From positions 576,001 to 640,000 of the forward strand of contig CAXXKM010000001.1 in the NCBI GenBank assembly GCA_963664435.2: a DNA stretch of 64,000 nt. The letters run 5' to 3'. Every line of letters starts with the position of its first letter. Within the stretch, counting starts at the first letter, position 1. The DNA is from Longimicrobiales bacterium. GTDB taxonomy: Bacteria > Gemmatimonadota > Gemmatimonadetes > Longimicrobiales > Gaopeijiaceae. A program made the position numbers and the translations under genes. Below the pieces are notes generated by a model that was given only the letters and a program-made list of their open reading frames with translations, was not told the origin of the DNA and did no database searches. Below are positions 58,916 to 64,000 of the stretch, one piece after another.

Positions 58916-59173
58916 GTGCGATTGAGCTTTGCCTATCACGTCACCTCCGCGGACGTGCTTCTGGTTCTGGAGGCGCACGGCGCCGCGGAGTCGGAAGAGG
59001 ATGACGCGGTCCTGGACGCGCTCTATCTCGTCAACGAACGGGAGGGGCGCATCTCCGAGGTGGCGCTGAAACATGGCAGCGCCCATGACAGCCAGCTCGC
59101 CGTCTGGCACGAGATCGAGGCCATCCTCATCGAGGAAGGCTACCTGGAGGAACCCCCGAGGCTGGGCGAGTGA
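58916..59173 (+). CDS. Small acidic hypothetical protein
   Basis: 85-aa ORF filling the gap; stop overlaps kynA start (GTGA). Confidence 0.55.
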   Translation: MRLSFAYHVTSADVLLVLEAHGAAESEEDDAVLDALYLVNEREGRISEVALKHGSAHDSQLAVWHEIEAILIEEGYLEEPPRLGE

Positions 59174-59964
59174 CCCGCAACCCCGAAGCCGTCAACTACG
59201 AGCGCTATCTCAGGCTGGATGAGCTTCTGCGGCTCCAGCGGCCGAGGGACGACGTTGAACACGACGAGATGCTGTTCATCGTCATCCACCAGGTCTACGA
59301 GCTGTGGTTCAAGGTGCTCCTCCACGAGATTGACTACTGCTGTCGCCTGCTCGCAGACGGAGACGCACCCCGGGCCCAGCATACGCTCAAGCGCATCCTC
59401 ACCATCCTGAAGGTGCTGGTGGCGCAGCTCGACATCCTCGAGACCATGAGCCCGGTCGAGTTCCTGACCTTCCGCGACCGCCTCGACACCGCCAGCGGCT
59501 TCCAGTCCGACCAGTTCCGGGCCCTCGAGTTCTGTCTGGGCCGGAAGCACCGCGCCGCCATGAGGCGCTTCGAACCCGGGAGCCGCGCGCGGCTGGATCT
59601 CGAGCGCCGCTGGAGCGCGCCGACGCTCTGGGACTGCTTCCTCCGCTATCTCGCGGGGGAGGGATACGACATTCCGCGCACAAGCCTGGAGCGGGACGTG
59701 ACGCGGCCGGTGGCGACGGACGAGGCCATGCAGGAGGTCCTGGTCCGCATCTATCGCGGGGACGCCCGCAACGCCCAGCTGTGCGAGCGGCTGGTGGACC
59801 TGGACGAGGGGCTTCAGGAATGGCGCTACCGCCACATGAAGATGGTGCAGCGGACCATCGGCCATAAGCCGGGGACCGGCGGATCCGCGGGATCCCGCTA
59901 CCTGGCCACGACGCTCGACAAGCCGGTGTTTCCGGACCTGTGGGAGATCCGGGCCCGCCTGTAA
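59170..59964 (+). CDS. kynA: Tryptophan 2,3-dioxygenase
   Basis: HDEMLFIVIHQVYELWFK, ASGFQS.QFR, WRYRH...V.RTIG.KPGTGGS. Confidence 0.93.
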   Translation: MTRNPEAVNYERYLRLDELLRLQRPRDDVEHDEMLFIVIHQVYELWFKVLLHEIDYCCRLLADGDAPRAQHTLKRILTILKVLVAQLDILETMSPVEFLTFRDRLDTASGFQSDQFRALEFCLGRKHRAAMRRFEPGSRARLDLERRWSAPTLWDCFLRYLAGEGYDIPRTSLERDVTRPVATDEAMQEVLVRIYRGDARNAQLCERLVDLDEGLQEWRYRHMKMVQRTIGHKPGTGGSAGSRYLATTLDKPVFPDLWEIRARL

Positions 59965-59973
59965 GCTGCTGAT

Positions 59974-61128
59974 TCAGGGCTCGAGCGCGTCAACGCCCGC
60001 GGCTGATGGCGGCGTCCTGTCGGAACCCGCGCAGACCCTCGGCGCCGTGTAGTCCAGCCCCAGCAGGCGGAAGTAGTTCCGGCCGAGCGCGATGTTGCGG
60101 AAGGCGGTGTCGTCGAGGTAGCGCAGGATCCGGCCGGTGACTTCCAGCTCGGCGCGGTAGACCTCGAGGTTCTTGTCCCTGGAGGCCAGAAAGTCGGTCC
60201 CCGGAAGAATGCGCTCCGAGTACTCGTTCAGGAACGGAACGTACGCTGCCCTGGCCTCCGGATCCGAGAAATAGGCGTCGTCCAGGACGCGCCAGGAGAT
60301 ATCGAGCATCAGCCGGGGATGGCGGTCCAGCATCGACTTCATGATCGCGATGTGCTCGGCCGGGGTCATCTCCGTCAGTTCCCGGGAGAGACCCATGTGC
60401 ACCCACACGATGTCGTTGTCGGGATACAGGCGCAGCACCTCCTCCATCAGCGGAAGATAGAGGGTCGGATCCTCGTCGTTGCCCAGATCGGAGTGGATCG
60501 CAAGCGGCATGTTCCGATCCCGGAGCGCTTCCATGAACGGCGCCCACTCGTCCAGCACCTCCCGCGGAACCGGCCTCCGGCCGTTGGCGAACACGGCCTG
60601 CTTCACCAGGTTGACTTCGCCCATCCACGAGAAGACGCCGGGGTATTCTTCCTCCAGGCGCCGCATTTCAGGGAGGATGGTGGCGGGGCGCGCGAGATCC
60701 GGGAAAGTCATCGAGAGCGTCAGATGGACGCGGGGGGATGGCCTCGCCAGATACCCGGCAGCGTTGGCGACATCGTTCCTGGGCGACGGCGTCAAGGGAG
60801 TGCCGGGACAGTCCAGGTAGTAGGTGCAGGACGAGAAGTCCGGGAGGGTCTGGCCGATCCCGTAGACGTTCGCGAACAGCACGCCCGTCTCCTCCAGGTA
60901 CTCCACGATTTCCTCGAACGGGATTGCCTGGCCTCCGAAGGGACGAAAGTGGAGGTGGGCATCGACGACCGCGGTCTGGGACTCGACGGAGCGATCGTAG
61001 CACCGGGCGTCCCTGGCCCGGTACAACTCCAGCGCCGAAGACGAGACGCAGCCCGTGACGGCCAGCAGGGCGCCGAACAGAAAAACGGCCCCGGAAGGTT
61101 GCCAGGCGACCTTCCGGGGCCGTTTGAT
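59974..61128 (-). CDS. Amidohydrolase_2-family protein, probable lipoprotein (start uncertain)
   Basis: VDAHLH, MGE, IHSD, WVHMG, DISW, GTDF; in-frame upstream extension has a lipobox (VTGC) but only an ATC codon at 61128; called ORF starts at TTG 61026. Confidence 0.75.
   Translation of the reverse strand: MKRPRKVAWQPSGAVFLFGALLAVTGCVSSSALELYRARDARCYDRSVESQTAVVDAHLHFRPFGGQAIPFEEIVEYLEETGVLFANVYGIGQTLPDFSSCTYYLDCPGTPLTPSPRNDVANAAGYLARPSPRVHLTLSMTFPDLARPATILPEMRRLEEEYPGVFSWMGEVNLVKQAVFANGRRPVPREVLDEWAPFMEALRDRNMPLAIHSDLGNDEDPTLYLPLMEEVLRLYPDNDIVWVHMGLSRELTEMTPAEHIAIMKSMLDRHPRLMLDISWRVLDDAYFSDPEARAAYVPFLNEYSERILPGTDFLASRDKNLEVYRAELEVTGRILRYLDDTAFRNIALGRNYFRLLGLDYTAPRVCAGSDRTPPSAAGVDALEP
61081..61125 (-). 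terminator. Rho-independent terminator of the TonB receptor gene
   Basis: Perfect 17-bp inverted repeat (61083-61099 / 61109-61125) ending in TTTTT on the minus strand, about 35 bp after the receptor stop. Confidence 0.8.
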
Positions 61129-61160
61129 GCTACTGCCGCCCGTGGCGGATCAGCTCCGCG

Positions 61161-64000
61161 CTACCACCTGTACGCCAGCTTGCTGTACAGGAAGGCCCCG
61201 TTGAAGCCGTAGGGCGTGAACTGGCCGAACCGGTTGCCGACGCCGTCGGCCGCGCCCGGGTACTCCTGCGGCTTGGTATTCAGCGCGTTCTGGGATCCCA
61301 CCGTCAGGGTCATGTTATCGCTCAGGGAGTAGGCTGCTTCCACGTCGAAGAGGATGCGGGCCGGATAGTCGATCGTGTTGCTGGAATCCGACTCGTAGTA
61401 GGGCGTCTCACCGTCGTAGTAGCCGCCCCAGTAGCTCGCGCGCACGAGGGCGCGAAGTCCACTGGCGAAGTTGTGGTTGAGCGCGATGTTGCCGCGGACG
61501 TTGGGAAGCCCCTCCTCGAGGATGCGAATGCGCGTTCCCGTCAGGGTTTCGGAGTTGAAATCCGTTACCGTGGTCCCGGTCCAGTTCCAGGCGCTGGTGA
61601 TGCCGGTGCTGGACCCGTCGCCTCCGTCGATCTGATAGGCGGCCACGAGATCGAGGCCCCGGGTGCGGGTGGCGAAGTCGTTGATGAAGAAGCGGAAGCG
61701 CGCCAGGACGCCGCCCGGCCGGACGATGCCGTCCCGCACGAGCTGGTCGATCTCGGCCGGGGTGAGCTGGCGGTCGGCGCTCGTCGTCAGGCGGTCGGAC
61801 ACGTTGATCTGGAAGAAGTCGGCCGAGAGGCTGAAGTTGCCCTGATCGATCACGGCGCCGAGCGCCATGTTCACCGACTTCTCCGGCTTGAGCGCCTCGC
61901 CTCCATACAGGCCGGCGAGCTCCGACGTCGAGGGAATGGTGCCGTTGTTGGTGAGGTCCATGATCTCGGGATCGTAGATCGTCGAGATGTTGAAGGCGTT
62001 CTGCTGGCCGGGCGTCGGCGCCCGGAAGCCCGTGCTCGTGCTGGCACGGAGGGCAAATCCCTCGGAGACGCTGACGCGGCCCGCAACCTTCCCGTTGACC
62101 GTGGTGCCGAAGTCGGAGAACCTCTCAACGCGCCCGGCGACGCCGAACGTCCAGGCGCCTGCCGGATCCCTCAGTTCGAGGTCGCCGTAGCCGGCGAAGT
62201 TGCTGCGGTTCCAGTTGCCCACGGTGAGAGGCCCGAAACCCGAGAAACCGTTGGAGGCGGGGGTGAAGCCCTGGTTCGCGAGCGGACCCTCGATCCATGA
62301 GGGCTCGTCTCCCTGGAAGATCTCGAAGCGCTCGTTCCGCCACTCCGCGCCACCGGCAAGGTTGACCCTTTCGTTCACGGCATAGGAGAGGTCGGCGTTC
62401 AGGTTGACCTCCTGCTGATCGTAGATGCCCGGATGGAAGTACGGCGTGCACGGCTGGTTCGGGACCGCGACCGAGGTGCCCTGGTCGCTGCACGGCTGGT
62501 CCGGTCCCAGCGATGCGTTGACCGTGTTGTACATGTAGAAGTCCATGTTGGAGTTGCCCCAGGCCGCGCTCGCATCCCAGTCGAGCCGGCCCCTGGTGCC
62601 CCTCAGGCCCGCCACCGCGGAGGCGTCGGTCACGTACGCGCCGAACTGCGGCGTGAAGCCTCCGGGGAAGATCTTGCGGAAGGTGAAGCAGTTGGGATCG
62701 GACATGACCTGGTTGTACGCCTCACGGTCCCTGATGGCCCCGCTGGCGCCGTCAACCAGCACCCTGGGGCAGTTGGCCGCGTTCGGCACGCCGGTCTGCG
62801 CCTGGAGCAGGTCGCCGACCAGAAGGATGGACCGCTCCCATTCCGGGTCACACGGCTGGTCGCCGAAATAGCGCGGGCAGCCCGAGGTGGCGAACACGCC
62901 GCTGCGGGTGCCGGGGTTCCGGAAGTAGAACCCGCCCTCCACCTGCTTGCTCACGTAGTTGCCGTGTCCGTAGAACGAGAGGGCGTCGCTGAACAGGTAG
63001 CCGGTGTTCGCCCAGATCTTGATTTCGTCGTTGATCTCGGGGGAGCCCCAGATCTGAGCGGGCGTGCGCACGCTCGCGTTGCCCTCGTGAACGATCAGCC
63101 CGAGCGCGTCCCTGCGCTGCGTGCTGCGGTCGGTCGGGTTGGCGTTGCCGTACTCGCCGGTCAGGTTCAGGAAGCCGGTCTCTCCGAGCGGCAGGCCGAC
63201 GTTGCCCGCGATGCTGTACATCTCTCCGTCGCCCGGGATCGAGCCATCCTCGAAGCGCGCCCCGGTCCGCGACATCAGGTTCCCGCCCGTCTTGAACTCG
63301 ATGGCGCCCCCGGAGCGGCTGTTGTTGAGGACGAAGTTCATCACCCCCGCGATGGCATCGGAGCCGTACTGGGCCGATGCGCCGTCGCGAAGCACCTCGG
63401 CCTGCTCCAGCGCCAACCCCGGAATCAGCGCGATGTCGGGGCCCTGGGATCCGTCCGCGAGGCCGTTGCCGTACCAGGTGATGACCGCGGTGCGGTGACG
63501 CCGCTTCCCGTTCACCAGAATCAGCGTGTGGTCCGGGGCCAGGCCGCGCAGGTTGGCCGGACGCGCGAACGTGGCCGCGTCGCTGATGGGCTGGGTGTTC
63601 ACGTTGAAGGACGGCACCACGTTGCGGAGCAGGTTGGCGAAGTCGTTGTCGCCCTGGTTGACGATCTCCGCACTCGGGATGACGTCGACGGGGACCGCCG
63701 ATTCGGTAACCGTACGCGGCCGGGCGCGGGTGCCGATGGCGACGATGCCGCCCAGCGCGATGGCTTCCTGGCTCAGAAGCACGTCGAGCTGCGTCGTCTG
63801 GCCGTCCGTGATGGTCACCTCCTGCCGCTCGGCGGCGTAGCCGATCAGCTGAATCTCGACCACGTGCGATCCGGCGGGTATGCCGCCGATGCTGAAGGAG
63901 CCGTCGTTGCCGCTGAGGCTGCCGATGTTGAGAGCGGAGATGAACACCTGGGCGCCGACGATTCCCTGGTTGGTCGTGCCATCGCGAACCGTGCCTTCGA
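61161..64000 (-). CDS. TonB-dependent receptor (5' end outside window)
   Basis: Plug motifs ANLRGL.PDHTL.LVNGKRRH and EVLRDGASAQYGSDAIAGVMN; STGFRAP, LKPEKS; terminal W; frame open to window end. Confidence 0.92.
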   Translation of the reverse strand, partial: EGTVRDGTTNQGIVGAQVFISALNIGSLSGNDGSFSIGGIPAGSHVVEIQLIGYAAERQEVTITDGQTTQLDVLLSQEAIALGGIVAIGTRARPRTVTESAVPVDVIPSAEIVNQGDNDFANLLRNVVPSFNVNTQPISDAATFARPANLRGLAPDHTLILVNGKRRHRTAVITWYGNGLADGSQGPDIALIPGLALEQAEVLRDGASAQYGSDAIAGVMNFVLNNSRSGGAIEFKTGGNLMSRTGARFEDGSIPGDGEMYSIAGNVGLPLGETGFLNLTGEYGNANPTDRSTQRRDALGLIVHEGNASVRTPAQIWGSPEINDEIKIWANTGYLFSDALSFYGHGNYVSKQVEGGFYFRNPGTRSGVFATSGCPRYFGDQPCDPEWERSILLVGDLLQAQTGVPNAANCPRVLVDGASGAIRDREAYNQVMSDPNCFTFRKIFPGGFTPQFGAYVTDASAVAGLRGTRGRLDWDASAAWGNSNMDFYMYNTVNASLGPDQPCSDQGTSVAVPNQPCTPYFHPGIYDQQEVNLNADLSYAVNERVNLAGGAEWRNERFEIFQGDEPSWIEGPLANQGFTPASNGFSGFGPLTVGNWNRSNFAGYGDLELRDPAGAWTFGVAGRVERFSDFGTTVNGKVAGRVSVSEGFALRASTSTGFRAPTPGQQNAFNISTIYDPEIMDLTNNGTIPSTSELAGLYGGEALKPEKSVNMALGAVIDQGNFSLSADFFQINVSDRLTTSADRQLTPAEIDQLVRDGIVRPGGVLARFRFFINDFATRTRGLDLVAAYQIDGGDGSSTGITSAWNWTGTTVTDFNSETLTGTRIRILEEGLPNVRGNIALNHNFASGLRALVRASYWGGYYDGETPYYESDSSNTIDYPARILFDVEAAYSLSDNMTLTVGSQNALNTKPQEYPGAADGVGNRFGQFTPYGFNGAFLYSKLAYRW

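Noticed and set aside
55751..59110. 1119-aa minus-strand ORF (and similar long ORFs such as 25699-28458 +, 9181-11940 -, 5411-7243 -)
   Set aside because: Antisense or off-frame shadows of well-supported genes, expected at this GC content; no recognisable motifs

Overview
A very GC-rich, gene-dense bacterial window. The gene style (several SusC/SusD pairs, many exported amidohydrolases, a DUF1592-DUF1552-ankyrin module, VPS10/BNR protein) suggests Gemmatimonadota or a similar lineage; this is inference only. 1-17 kb: housekeeping and accessory genes (Na+-export-type ABC transporter, PAP2, M16 protease, Ada/Ogt, xth, feoB with a membrane-anchored DtxR-FeoA regulator and tandem operator, AAA ATPase, a 24-bp VNTR, Fpg/Nei glycosylase, MBL hydrolase, two paralogous lipoproteins). 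17.4-50.6 kb: about 33 kb of co-oriented minus-strand genes, nearly all encoding exported proteins. It contains a DUF1592/DUF1552/ankyrin/SusC/SusD module and a candidate undescribed periplasmic N-heterocycle utilisation locus: SusC-SusD, two Tat-exported NicX/M29-fold enzymes, a methyltransferase coupled to a DUF917 lipoprotein, four amidohydrolases, a Tat NAD(P) enzyme, a creatininase-fold protein and CocE/NonD. An IS remnant lies at its upstream edge. 50.7-64 kb: radical SAM, serine hydrolase, amidohydrolases, 5'-3' exonuclease, BNR protein, kynA and a partial TonB receptor. No rRNA, tRNA or CRISPR array was seen. All family calls come from recalled motifs, not database searches.
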